Positions 39,592-52,911 of a DNA stretch of 64,000 nt are shown here, one piece after another; within the stretch, counting starts at the first letter, position 1, and each line of letters opens with the position of its first letter. Both the position numbers and the translations under genes were made by a program. The notes under the pieces were generated by a model that saw only the letters and a program-made list of their open reading frames with translations, was not told the DNA's origin and searched no databases. Source of the DNA: Octopus sinensis (lineage: Eukaryota); assembly GCF_006345805.1 (NCBI RefSeq), contig NC_043008.1, positions 13,330,001-13,394,000 on the forward strand, in the 5' to 3' direction.

Positions 39592-39848
39592 TATAAAATG
39601 GGACAAGAACGCAAAACATCCAGACAGTTAGGTGATATAAAAAGGGACAACAAAACATCCAGATAGAACATACAAAGAAAACAAGGACGTGGGTCATTTG
39701 GAGTTTTCTTTCCTCAGTCGAGTTCCAGATTATCTTTGCAATTTGGGCTGGTTATACTCGGGTTTGCTCCAATCCGTCCAGCTCCAAGGAGAAACTAAGA
39801 GCATTAGATTCCTTGGAAGGAAGCAGCAAATGTATACAGAAACAAGGA

Positions 39849-39850
<2 letters not shown>
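39592..39850. mobile_element. Microsatellite-embedded interspersed repeat (family E), copy 2
   Basis: Homologous to 455-760 and followed by (TA)n. Confidence 0.7.
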
Positions 39851-39890
<40 letters not shown>

Positions 39891-40181
39891 TGCAAAGATA
39901 CCGAAAAGTGAGAATGAATGCATTGGTGGATAAATATTCTTCGTTTCTGTGTTAACAGAGCGGTAGATGCTTTTATGTCAAGACATTTTTACAATTGTTG
40001 GAGTTTACTGTTTGGAAGTGGGACTTCTAATTCCGTGTAGCCATTTTAAGCGCCTTTGAACCCTAGCACGGTTTTTATAGATTCTTGCAAACTTAATTTG
40101 CATACCAAATTAGATCCCAAATGAACTATTTCTAAATCGAATATCGTTGAGCTTTGTGGAATGTGTTTTTCTATATGTATG

Positions 40182-40245
<64 letters not shown>

Positions 40246-40249
40246 ATAT

Positions 40250-40548
40250 AGAGGGCATTATTACACATACATGCCACACGCTAAGAGGGACATTAGTCAT
40301 TTCTACCAAAAAATGTTACTAATCACACCCAATGCAATTTTTCAAAGCAAGACATTTAAAAAATGAATTTAGTCTTGTATCACCTGTGATTTCGTACTTA
40401 CCGCAGTTGCGACCGTACTCATCAGCAAGACTGATTCTGAACATATCATAAATAAACGACCCCGTACCGTCAAAGCCGAACAACTATCTGCTCCACTCCA
40501 ACGAAGCACATGGGGAAGTTTACACATAATACATCCGGTAAATGGCAG
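40250..40548 (-). mobile_element. ~300-bp non-coding hammerhead-bearing element in (TA)n (retrozyme or solo Penelope pLTR candidate)
   Basis: Unique sequence bounded by (TA)n on both sides, containing a complete hammerhead and no meaningful ORF. Confidence 0.7.
40364..40437 (-). ncRNA. Type I hammerhead ribozyme, canonical core
   Basis: Minus strand reads gaauc AGUCUUG CUGAUGA GUAC[ggucgcaacugcgguaa]GUAC GAAA UCAC[ag]GUGA UA CAAGACU aaauuc. All core nucleotides are present. Stem I 7 bp plus an extension, stem II 4 bp, stem III 5 bp. Predicted AUA cleavage between 40378 and 40377. Confidence 0.92.
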
Positions 40549-40559
40549 ATATATATATA

Positions 40560-40805
40560 TGGTTGAAATTTACAGAAAACAAAGACAGGTGTAAAAACAA
40601 CAAGCAAATGTATTAGTTTAACACTCGGGAACGTGAGACTTTTACGTTTCGAATCTACGCATTTCAAGAGAAAGGAACACGAGGAGATAAACAGATAGAG
40701 TATGAAAGACATCTTTTGGAGCTAATGGTCCATCATGACGGCTGGCTGGACAAAGGTAGTTAAACAGGCCAAACAAAGAAGAAGGGAGAAAATAAACCGA
40801 AGGTG
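40560..40805 (-). mobile_element. Family F repeat carrying a hammerhead relic, copy 3
   Basis: Homologous to 10095-10380. The minus strand at 40639-40674 reads CUUU CUCUUGA A AUGC guag AUUC GAAA CGUA AAAG. Confidence 0.75.
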
Positions 40806-40889
40806 TACGTGCGTGTATTTGAGAGTGTGTGTATGCATGCAGGTGTGTATGTGTGTATGCATGCATATGTATACACAAATATATGTGTA

Positions 40890-40928
<39 letters not shown>

Positions 40929-41021
40929 CCATGTATGTGTATATATATGTATATATATACTTATATATAAATATATTTATATGTATATATATATATACAT
41001 ATTTGTATCTATAATTATATG

Positions 41022-41083
<62 letters not shown>

Positions 41084-41127
41084 ATATACATGTACATATT
41101 TGTATATATATGTATCTATAATATATG

Positions 41128-41164
<37 letters not shown>

Positions 41165-41175
41165 TAGATAGATAT

Positions 41176-41248
<73 letters not shown>
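40890..41248. repeat. Compound (TA)n/(TAGA)n microsatellite
   Basis: Visible directly in the sequence. Confidence 0.95.
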
Positions 41249-41249
<1 letters not shown>

Positions 41250-42027
41250 TAAAATTATTCGATATGGATTTGCCGTTTTCTTCCTATGATATTCTTTTAT
41301 TCACTGATAGCATGTATAACCCACTACATTGGCGGATAATTTGGGTATTTTAGTAATATAATGCTACATATACTAGGGAATACTAACCGAGATTCAACAT
41401 GTAGTGATAACCTCTTTTTATGGAAATCGTGCAATAAATGTATGCCGCGTGTTCAGATAATTATTTACACCAAAAAGCTTTTGGAGAAACAAATCAGAAT
41501 CTAAGATACACATTTATATACATTATCAATACCTTTGATTATTCCATTTTTTTTTTTGCAAAGATACACTCATCCTTTATTGTATGCTTGTTTATTCTAC
41601 TACAAAATTTGTGAGAAGCGTCAACATCAAGTTATGAGTTTGAGTTGTTTATGTGACACGGGTGATCCTTGTGAGTCGGTAATTATATGCCATATTGAAT
41701 AAAGATTATAGAATTCATTTGAATTATTTTCTCCTTCATAGAATATTCTTACCGAATAACTTTAAGGCTTCTCTATTCCATAAATAAACATTGTCAGAAT
41801 ACGTCTAGTTGAAGTTCTACTAAGAATGCTATCCGCGTAACGGGTAACGGATGGGTATATTGTCACCAGAATCACTATTGATCATCGATATCGAACGCAT
41901 TAAATTGTTTGCCAGCTATTCTGCAAGTGTGATACTTTTTAATATACCTAGATTGATTGTGGCAACACTTCCTTTTAGTAAACTCGTAAAAGTTAGAATA
42001 CTATGTTCCATTTTGTATATATATATA

Positions 42028-42060
<33 letters not shown>

Positions 42061-44324
42061 CATTCACACACAGAGACCTATATACATATGCACACACATA
42101 TATATTCCCATTCATACACATATATACATATATATAATTATATATATATATATACATACACACACACAGACATATATACATATGCACACACATATATATT
42201 CATACACATATATCCATATCCATATATATATATATATATATATTATATATAAACATACATACATGACTGTGTGTATATGTATATACATACTTGTGTGTGT
42301 GTGTGTGTGTGAGTGCTGTAATCTCAAGTTTTCTGATTTTATGAGCTACACACAACAACATATCAAATTCCTTGTATGTATAGCACATTTGTAATTAAGA
42401 TGTTCAATCCGAAAATTCCACCAAGTAATGCACTAAAATTCTAGCTTTATTTCACTTTTGTATTTACTGGCCATATATAACTTTGATAGGTCTCTTAACG
42501 TACCTACTCTGTCTCTATGTGATTTGCAATAAAACATATGCCTGTGTGGACAGCAGGAAACCAGAGACGCAATGTACTTATCCCAACGCAGTTTCTAATC
42601 TTTCGACAGAAATCCATGTCAAAATTTTATGCTTAAATAACAAAAACTCTCAAATATATATCATATACCTACCTTAATTTAATCTTGTGAGAAATGTTTA
42701 GTACCTTAATTTTTGAAAACTTTGACAATATCTGGTAACAGACCAGAAAGCGTACTAGAATAACACATTGCTACAATAATCCTTTTCGTTGTTGATAGCA
42801 CTTCAATCCAATCGAACGGGGAGTTTTATATTAATGCCGATTATATGATAGAATCTATCTAACAAGAAATAACAAAAGAACAGATCATAAACAAGGTATA
42901 TAAGCATACACATTGATTAAAATGTGAATACTTAATGTATTTCCGCTTTTGGATTTGCAGTTATGTGAAATATATATAACCGTAGAGAAGCCTACGTGTG
43001 TGGGGGTGTTGTTCGTATCACGAGTCAAATATAGGGAGAATTTTAGGAGAAAAACGAAATGAAACGTTGATTTTGCAAGTCTTTTGATCCTAAGAATTCA
43101 TCCAATGGAAGATGAGTCAAAAACATTTATTCTACTATACAGCATACCGCAATTTCACATTTTAATTGAATTAACGAAACGTTATAACTGTATGAAATAA
43201 ATCATCGAACAAAAAAAAAACAATCAAAAAGAAAATGCTCACCGCATTTTGTTTACCTAATCATGTTCCCTGTACAAACATGTAAACATTGTAATATCTT
43301 TATAGTTATTTCTATATTTATGCAGAGTTTGTATTTTGCGATCCTCTGCTAAAACGTTTATCATCAGTTTGTTTTATGACTGTAGAAAAATAATAATGTT
43401 TAACCAATATTAAACGCGATTTATAAGCATATCATCATAGAACAGATTTATATATTTTGTTTACGATAACGTATTAAGATTATGGTTTGTTTTATATTTT
43501 TCACGAATGAAAACGTATAGATCTTGAAGCATTCTGCGCAATGTATATAGAAGAAAATAAATAGATTCGTCCTTTCACTAGGTAGTAATTGTTTTCAGTA
43601 TCCTTGTAATATAGACATCAAAAGGACAAAAAAATGAGTTAAAAAATGAAAAGATAACAAGGCTCTAAAAAAGGAAAACAGAATCTCTGTGGTTTTTGTC
43701 TTTGAAAAACAATACAAAGGAAACTTTCGTTAATAATAATATATTATAAAAACATCTTTTGATGAGATAGGAGAGTCATTTTCTTTTGTTATTTTTTGTA
43801 AACTCCCTTAAAACAGAATTTATAAAGGATATATATCTATAACAATATTGGAAGGTGTTGCGTTATACGGAACGGTGTTTGCCTCAAAGACAATTTTCTA
43901 AAGTAATGATGGTCTTCGTAAATGCTTCGAATTATTCTTCAAAGTGAGCCGATGTTAATACAGTAAATATTTATATTAAATACACTTGCTTATACATATT
44001 GATATTGTTATATTCCTCAACCATGATTCTTACATTCGTACAATCACGTTATTCTTCTTACTCATTCTACCAAAATAAATAGATATCATGCTGAGAAACA
44101 TGGAAACGTACAGATTTACATGCAGGTTCATGTGATTTACGTGTTGGTCTGTGGTTGTGTATATGTATGGTAGTGACTCCATGGGTCACACATGAGGTAT
44201 TTGGTTGTCCGACAGAGAGAAATTCTCATTCTAGTACGTTTCTCAGTTTCGTAAATTTACGTGTAAGCGTCAAATAATTATCGGTCGAACAACGTGATGC
44301 GGTTGGACATTCGAAGTATAGCTA

Positions 44325-44600
<276 letters not shown>

Positions 44601-44959
44601 TGAAAAGTTTATATCTCAGTCAAATTGAAATCTTAGAATGTGTGGAAATTTAAACAAATATTTTCAGATTCTACAAAGTAATCGCAGTAAATGAAGCCCA
44701 AAACCTGAGGCATAGTCCTGTGGGTTTGGGCCCTAACGTTATTACTATTATCTGAAATTGGGCACAACTTGTATCAGCTAGAAACCTCATCATGGTGAAT
44801 GATAAGTACATTATGTCAAAGGAATCCATGCATCATTGTCAAGAATTAAATCCTCATTTTCGACACTAGAAATGATAACGGAAGGAAAAACAAAAAAATG
44901 AAGATCGCATTCACATTGCCATTCCGTATGATAGGAATTTATACAATAAGGTAACCATA

Positions 44960-45377
44960 GGCGTAGGATTAGCTGTGTGGTAATTAGCTTGCTTACCAAC
45001 CACATGGTTCCGGGTTCAGTCCCACTGCGTGGCACCTTGGGCAAGTGTCTTCTACTATAGCCTCGGGCCGACCAAAGCCTTGTGAGTGGATTTGGTAGAC
45101 GGAAACTGAGAGAAGCCCGTCGTATATATGTAGGTATATATGTATGTGTGTATATGTATGTGTGTATATGTTTGTGTGTCTGTGTTTGTACCCCCAACAT
45201 CGCTTGACAACGGATGCTGGTGTGTTTACGTCCCCGTAACTTAGCGGTTAGGCAAAAGAGGCCGATAGAATAAGTACTAGGCTTACAAAGAATAAGCCCT
45301 GGGTTCGATTTGCTCGACTAAAGGCGGTACTCCAGCATGGCCACAGTCAAATGACTGAAACAAGTAAAAGAGTAAAG
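44960..45377 (+). mobile_element. tRNA-derived SINE family A, full length
   Basis: ggcgtaggattagctgtgtggtaa...ggttcagtcccactgcgtggcaccttgggcaagtg...gactgaaacaagtaaaagagtaaaga. Confidence 0.93.
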
Positions 45378-46424
45378 ACTAATAAAACTAAGTACCATAG
45401 GTTAAGTGTTACGGATATCCTAGATCCCAATAGTGGATATTGCTCATATGGTAACTAGTGCTGTTGAAGGAGCACCTAATTTATCTCATGGTATAAATAA
45501 AACTGGAACTGAAACCAATTCCTGTATTTTCTTCCAAGAAACTTCAGACATTGTGAATAAATTGAAATTTTGTCTAGACGCCAAATATCAGAAAATATCT
45601 GAGTATATATTCAATTTTTTATTGTACAGTAAATATAATCTACAATAATAATAATAATATATATAAATGTTTGTATGTGTGTGTGTATATTAATTTCATT
45701 GATATATATATTTCTTACATATATACTTAAATATACACACATACGCGTATATAATTTAAGTACTGTTATAATAAAAATAATTATTTCATCATCAATATCT
45801 GACGCAGTATTCCTGTTTTTAAGGATGCCACGAAAGGCCCGACAGAAGGTCCTACCCTCGTATTTCTTTTACAGAGCTTAAGAAAATAGGACCTCTGCAG
45901 TAAGTGTATGAACCTGACCTGTGACTATGTTGAATGACATCATTTTACTTACAGATCGTCCTGCCCAGAGCCAGGAAATTTCCAGCCCCTACTCGTATAC
46001 GTTCATGAATTTTTACAGAATACCTTTTGAAACACTATAGATCAGTGAAGTATATCGTGGTATAATTGAAGACATACTAATCAGCCATTAGTGTTACCTC
46101 ATCAATCCTTTTGATGCAGGATACTACATATATCTAAGCCTTTCACTCAATTTAACCATCTATATTTTTTTTTTCAACATAATGTCTATATTCCCCAGAC
46201 TGCATATCTACAGACATTGACGTTATTTCACAAATGTTACTTAAGAATCAGCTAAAAATCTCATACAGACGATAGTATATCATCGAAACAAAAATACAAT
46301 AAAAAGTATTTCACTAAAAACTTTAAAAGTTTATTCAGGCGAAGTATGAAATATCATTGCTGTATTTGCCCTGACGCACACCTACTTAATCATGTACATT
46401 TGTACGTGAATGTCTATGTATATA

Positions 46425-46465
<41 letters not shown>

Positions 46466-46690
46466 CTCACTCACGTACATGTGTGCGTGTGTGTGTATAT
46501 ATGTGTGTATATATATATATATGTATGTATGCATGTATGTATATATATATATTGATATATAGATATATAGATGGACGCATAGATGCGTAGATAGATAGGT
46601 ATACACATGTGCCTATATATCCAGGTATATATACAGACACATATACGTCTGTATACGTGCGTGTGTATGTGTGAGTGTGTGTACACACAT

Positions 46691-46725
<35 letters not shown>

Positions 46726-48102
46726 CATAGGAACGCTTAAACACGCATGTGTATATTTTATGCGTAATATAACCAAACAGGCAGACATATGCATATATGC
46801 GTTTGTGTGTGTGTTTGTGTGTGTGTGTGTGTGGTCGAAAATGCTGCACCAAATGTATATAAGAATGCTATATACGTACCTACATCATTTGCCGATGAAA
46901 CCACTTTGAAGAATACTGCCAAAACCTTTCTAAAATTACCATCAATATTTGATGTCGTACATTATCAAAATAGCTTTTAAACACACCTAGATATGCCAGG
47001 AACTAAAATCCTCTAACATTTTACAAACATTCTCTCTGTAATCTTTGATTGCTGGAGCTTTTGAAACTGTCCGTACCATATCCGTCAAAGTATATTATTC
47101 TTTATGAAATTTCTTCCTTATTTTTATTTGCCTATGTATACACTTAAAATTCCGTGATTACTTTGTAAATGAACGCTGACAAAATTCAAAAGCTTTCCTA
47201 TGCATTCGTCAATTATCCCACTTCTTGCTATCGTGTTGTCACTCTATTTAATTTCGTTTTACATATTGGAAGTATGAAGTAAATATTGTTCATTGCTTGG
47301 ACATATTCAATGGGAAATACACATTAACAAACATGTCTAAATCTTAGATTAAAAAAAAAACCCATTTCAACTCAAGAAAGAAAAATAAGAGCACATAATC
47401 AATGAAATTGAATTCCAAGCTCGTACGGAAATGCAGAGGAGGAAAATTAATGTATATGGATTTTGGAAGTCTTCAGACATCTACATGAATTTTTGTTTAA
47501 TCAGAATAAGGGGCTATTTTGTTAAGCAACCATCATTAAAGACATAAGTTATATATCACAAAACTTATATAAATGATGTACCATCAATATCATAGTTTGT
47601 CATATATACTGAAATTTATGTTCCCTACGTAATCGGTTCTGTCCTTAAGAATTATTGTTTCCTTTAAATAAAGCCCGAATAAATCTTCTAAGTAATAAGG
47701 TTTTGTTGGTCTGTAGTATTAAAAAGAAGTAAAATTGCTTAAAGCTGTAATAAGAAACTCCGTTTTTCCTGTTTTCAGGCAATTGCAAAGCTTAGAGTTA
47801 GGGCGTTTCGCTCGTTAGCAGGACACAAACAACGAATGCCTGCTACCATTTTACGATATCACTGGCTGGCGGTTTCATTGATGCTCGATGTAGCATACAC
47901 TGTTCTGCTGTCGGTCGCTAATGATCAACACTTGGTGAAATCGCAGGAGATCCCAGTGGCATCCGCTAACGCGGACGGAATTTGACCAACGGATATTATT
48001 CGTGCCTTTTAGCGTATGTCGTCTGCACAAGAATATTGCATGGACAATTTAGCATAGGGTAACGCGTTAGAGAATGACGCAACAAAATGAGGTTGGATGT
48101 AC

Positions 48103-48142
<40 letters not shown>

Positions 48143-48146
<4 letters not shown>

Positions 48147-48362
48147 CTTTCTTGCCTTTTGTTATTTCAGTCGTTGGACTGCGGCCACACTATGGCACCG
48201 TCTTGAAGAATTTTTTGTAGAAATTATTATTATTATTTCTCCTTTTTTTTTGCCAAGACTGATACATATTCTAAAAGACTCTTTTTCTGGACAGCTAATT
48301 TATGGAAATGTAAACACACCAACACGTTGTGAAACGGGGTGGGGGGGCATACATAGACACAA
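48143..48362 (-). mobile_element. Degenerate SINE family A-related 3' portion
   Basis: tttcagtcgttggactgcggccacactatggcaccg...gtaaacacaccaacac...ggggggggc. Confidence 0.65.
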
Positions 48363-48451
48363 AGATACACGCACACACATCTGTATATATGTGGGGTTTA
48401 TGTATATATGTATTTATATATGCATGTATGCATTTACAAATGTATATATGC

Positions 48452-48502
<51 letters not shown>

Positions 48503-48504
48503 TA

Positions 48505-48623
48505 TTGGCCTGCTCGCTTAGCCAGCGGGGTGGCGTCATTTAAAGGCTAAAACAATGCGAAGCGCATTGTGACCAGCGATGTGTAGCAACATCTGATAGC
48601 CTGGTTGGTCACGGTGATCGGCG
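48505..48623 (+). mobile_element. Short GC-richer repeat fragment in (TA)n, probable SINE/LINE 3' end
   Basis: 120-bp island between TA runs with a self-complementary gtgacca...tggtcac. Family membership cannot be confirmed from this window. Confidence 0.5.
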
Positions 48624-49210
48624 ATATATATATATATATATACACACATGTTTGTATGTGTATACATTGGTTTATTTGTAAGCTTGCATAATTTTTTCTT
48701 TGAATTTCAATAATATTATTTGCAAAACTCTTTAATTTTAAGAGGCATCTACAATTTTTCTTTACAACCCAGTAGAATATTTTAAACACAAAATTCATTT
48801 AATCAGATTACGAATAATATTCTGTAGGCTTTTGATCATCGTTCATGACCATTGTAAGTCCCATTTCGTATTTTTGCTGATATTCACATCAATAGAAACA
48901 TTTCATATTCCGATGATTGCATATTTCAGTTCGTAGAACTCTCATGTTCCTCCCTAAGGGTAGACATTGAGATGAACTCTGTAGAAGAAGTAGCATTCAT
49001 CTCCAAATAAACTCGAAGGATCCAATTAATTTCAAATTAAGAATTATACAACTAATGGCAAATTCAAATTTGTTTGAAATTGTTTCGAAGCAACAGATCA
49101 TAACTATAATTACATACAAAGAAATGCAATATCTGAATGCATTTCGAAGCCTTAAGAAATACGCTTAAGAAACTCGCACAAATCTATTTAAACTGCTTTA
49201 TGTATATATA

Positions 49211-49250
<40 letters not shown>

Positions 49251-49276
49251 TAGCTTGATATATGTATGGGCTTCTG

Positions 49277-49335
<59 letters not shown>

Positions 49336-50296
49336 CATATATATATATATGTGTATGTATTGTATATATAGTGAGAAGAATCGATATTATTTAAGAAAAA
49401 GTTTCTATAATTTCAAGATTTTATCTTATTAATATTAATCTTTCAAATTTTGCTGCGCTGAAATCTAAATTAGGATTTTCGTAGCCTAATGATATCAATT
49501 CCTTCTGGGATCTAATGAATATTCCAAAATTTATTCGGCTTCATTCACGGATTAGAATTATATAACCTGCGCAGATATTGCACCAATTTTTCAAGTTACC
49601 TTAATAGTTTAATTCTTTCATATTTACTTATATGAGTTGCGAGTGCATTGGTACAAAGAGTGCAACACAAATTTCTGTTTATACTCACGCTACTCTTAGG
49701 TTTCAATGAAATATATTTATTAACTATACTTAAATAATCATTATATTGTCAACAACGCTTGTTTTCCGGGAAATGGAAAACATTTTCGATGCGTCATTTG
49801 AATAAGAATATCAAGATATTTTTCTCTGCAAATAATTGTTCCAATCAAAGTCACATTTCTATATAGAATGGAGAAATCTTTCGTCACAATTCCCCCCAAA
49901 ATTTGAATTTCTGAAAATGAATTATCAACTGATCGCTTAGATGCTACACATATTTTTTTCCTCAATCAAATATCACCATATATTACGCACGAACCTTGTG
50001 TATTTGACCTCAAATAAAATTTATTTAGTTACTATGAAATCTGTGCCCAAAATACAAAACCGATGTATTAAAAAATATTCAAATCGCAGTTTATATATGT
50101 ATTAAGAAAGCATCGCGCAGTGAAACGTTGTCAGTGTCTCTTTTACCACATACAACGGTACCAACTTGTACCACTTTTCCACATCGATGACCAACTACAC
50201 CGGCACAGCTACCACCATCATCATCATCCTTAGCATCAACAACAACAATAGCGGCATTATATTTATCACTCTCTTTATCAACAACTTTATATTATC

Positions 50297-51284
50297 TATT
50301 TCTTTACTACACAGAAGGAGCTAAACACAGAGAAGACAAACAAGGACAGGCAAACGGATGAAGTCGATTATGTCGACCCCAGTGCGTAACTAGTACTTAT
50401 TTAATCGACCCCGAAAGGATGAAAGGTAAAGTCGATCTCGGCGGAATTTGAACTCAGAACATAGCGGCAGACGACATACCTATTTCTTTACTACCCAGAA
50501 GGGGCTAAACACAGAGAGGACAAACAAGGACAGACGAACGGATCAAGTCGATTACATCGACCCTAGTGCGTAACTGGTACTTATTTAATCGACCCCGATT
50601 AAAAGCAAAGGATGAAAAGCAAAGTCGACCTCGGCGGAATTTGAACTCAGAACGTAGCTGCAGACGAAATACCTATTTCTTTACTACCCACAAGGGGTTA
50701 AACACAGAGGGAACAAACAAGGACAAACAAACGGATCAAGTCGATTATATCGACCCTAGTGCATAACTGGTACTTATTTAATCGACCCCGAAAGGATGAA
50801 AAGCAAAGTCGACCTCGGCGGAATTTGAACTCAGAACGTAGCTGCAGACGAAATACCTATTTCTTTACTACCCACAAGGGGTTAAACACAGAGGGAACAA
50901 ACAAGGACAAACAAACGGATCAAGTCGATTATATCGACCCTAGTGCATAACTGGTACTTATTTAATCGACCCCGAAAGGATGAAAAGCAAAGTCGACCTC
51001 GGCGGAATTTGAACTCAGAACGTAGTTGCAGACGAAATACCTACTTCTTTACTACCCACAAGGGGTTAAACACAGAGGGAACAAACAAGGACAGACAAAC
51101 GGATCAAGTCGATTATATCGACCCTAGTGCATAACTGGTACTTATTTAATCGACCCCGAAAGGATGAAAAGCAAAGTCGACCTCGGCGGAATTTGAACTC
51201 AGAACGTAGCTGCAGACGAAATACCGCTAAGCATTTCACCTGGCGTGCTAACGTTTCTGTCATTATCGTCAGCTCATTATCGCC
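50297..51284 (-). mobile_element. SINE family B pentamer: one head plus five tandem 184-bp bodies
   Basis: Unit starts at 50297, 50481, 50674, 50858 and 51042 (periods 184, 193, 184, 184). Single head at ~51226-51284. Confidence 0.95.
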
Positions 51285-51731
51285 AGCTGTACCCTTATTA
51301 GCAATAGTTGCAACTTTACAATAATTGTTATCTCATTCATTCTCTGAGGGAATAAACAAAAACAGAAATCATTTGTATTCTAACAAATTATTATTCTTGA
51401 ACTCATTATATAGTTTGAAATCCAGCGAAGTGTTTGTTATGAAAATAATGATTACTTTCCATTATTCAAGAGGGAGATAGACATGAACGATGTTTCGGTA
51501 TATTTCAGGTGTACGTACGAAAGAAATAATTTCTTTGCGTAATGTTCTATTACGTTTTGGTATTTATAACAAATATTCTGCTAGAAATTCTATTGAGCAT
51601 CAGGTGCACACAAATATTTATAATAATAATAAAGATTAAATATTTCATGGTGAGTTCTTAACAATTGTATATCCGTTTGATTCCGATTCATTAAAGAGAA
51701 TTTCCTCAATGATATTAGATTTTCTGTTGAA

Positions 51732-52145
51732 GGCGGCGAGCTGGCAGAAACGTTTGCACGCCAGGCAATATGCTTAGCGATATTTCGTCTGTCGCTACGT
51801 TCCTAGTTCAAATTCCGCCGAGGTCGACTTTGCCTTTCATCCTCTCGGGGTCGATTAAATAATTACCAGTTATGCACTGGGCTCGATATAATCGACTTAA
51901 TACGTTCGTCTGTCCTTGTTCGTCCCCTCTGTGTTTAGCCCATTGTGGGTGGTAAAGAAATAGGTATTTCGTCTGCCCCTACGTTCTGAGTTCAAATTCC
52001 ACCGAGGTCGACTTTGTCTTTCATCCTTTCGGGGTCGATAAATTAAGTACCAGTTACGCACTTTTGTTTATGTAATCAACTTAATCCATGTGTCTGTCCT
52101 TGTTTGTCCTCTCTATGATTAGCCCCTTATGGGCAGTAAAGAAAT
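51732..52145 (+). mobile_element. SINE family B dimer: one head plus two bodies
   Basis: Head ggcggcgagctggcagaaacg, with the junction aaagaaataggtatttcgtctg at ~51955-51975. Confidence 0.93.
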
Positions 52146-52911
52146 CATATTAAATTTTCTGTGGACTAAAAACTACAGAATTGACAAAACACTTTAGTGT
52201 AGACTTTTCTATATCAAGTATATGTTCAGCTTGTAATTTCTCCTTTCCCAAGAAATATATGTTGTACCGTGGAAACGAACGCTAAGAATACTCAGCAGTA
52301 TATTTCAAACACTACTAATACATGAATGAGTAAAACCGACTTTTATATAAGCAAATACCCACATTAATAAAGAAGGTGAATTAGGTCCAGAACTTTCTAT
52401 TGCAATACTTAACTTAAGGTTTTGACCGATCAAATGAATGTGTATCCTCTAAAATGTGGAGTCCCTAACGCAATCATCAAAATCAGAACAAAACAAAGTT
52501 ACCTGAGATCACATACCCACCTCACGTATATGAATGCTTTATCTTTTGACATGTTATTCTTGGAATTAAGATAGTCAAATATTAACGTAACGGTGATTCT
52601 TACATCATCTCTCCTATGAGACAAACTTACATTCCAGTTATAAAAAGTAAAATTACAAGAATCAGACAGCAATGAAAAATTTCCAAGATATGGAGACTTC
52701 AACTAGACGTATTTTGATTATATATTTGAAATACAATCATATCAATCAAATTCTTATGAATAAGAGCAATTGCAGGGGTATTCGCTTGAATTTCATTACA
52801 GTATGTAGGCTTCTTTAAATCATAATTGTGAGGTGGTAATTATCTTTCATGTATATATTGGAGGTGTTTTGGTATTAACTAATTTCGTAAAATATAATTG
52901 ATAGTTACTGA

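Noticed and set aside
45875-45995. Possible micro-exons (ttttacag|...gca|gtaagt)
   Set aside because: Splice-like signals occur on both strands, the 25-nt exon is not frame-preserving, and the peptide is unrecognisable.
50297-51226. Regular 184-bp array as a CRISPR array or repeated ORFs
   Set aside because: There are no unique spacers. The units are whole SINE bodies, and the context is eukaryotic.
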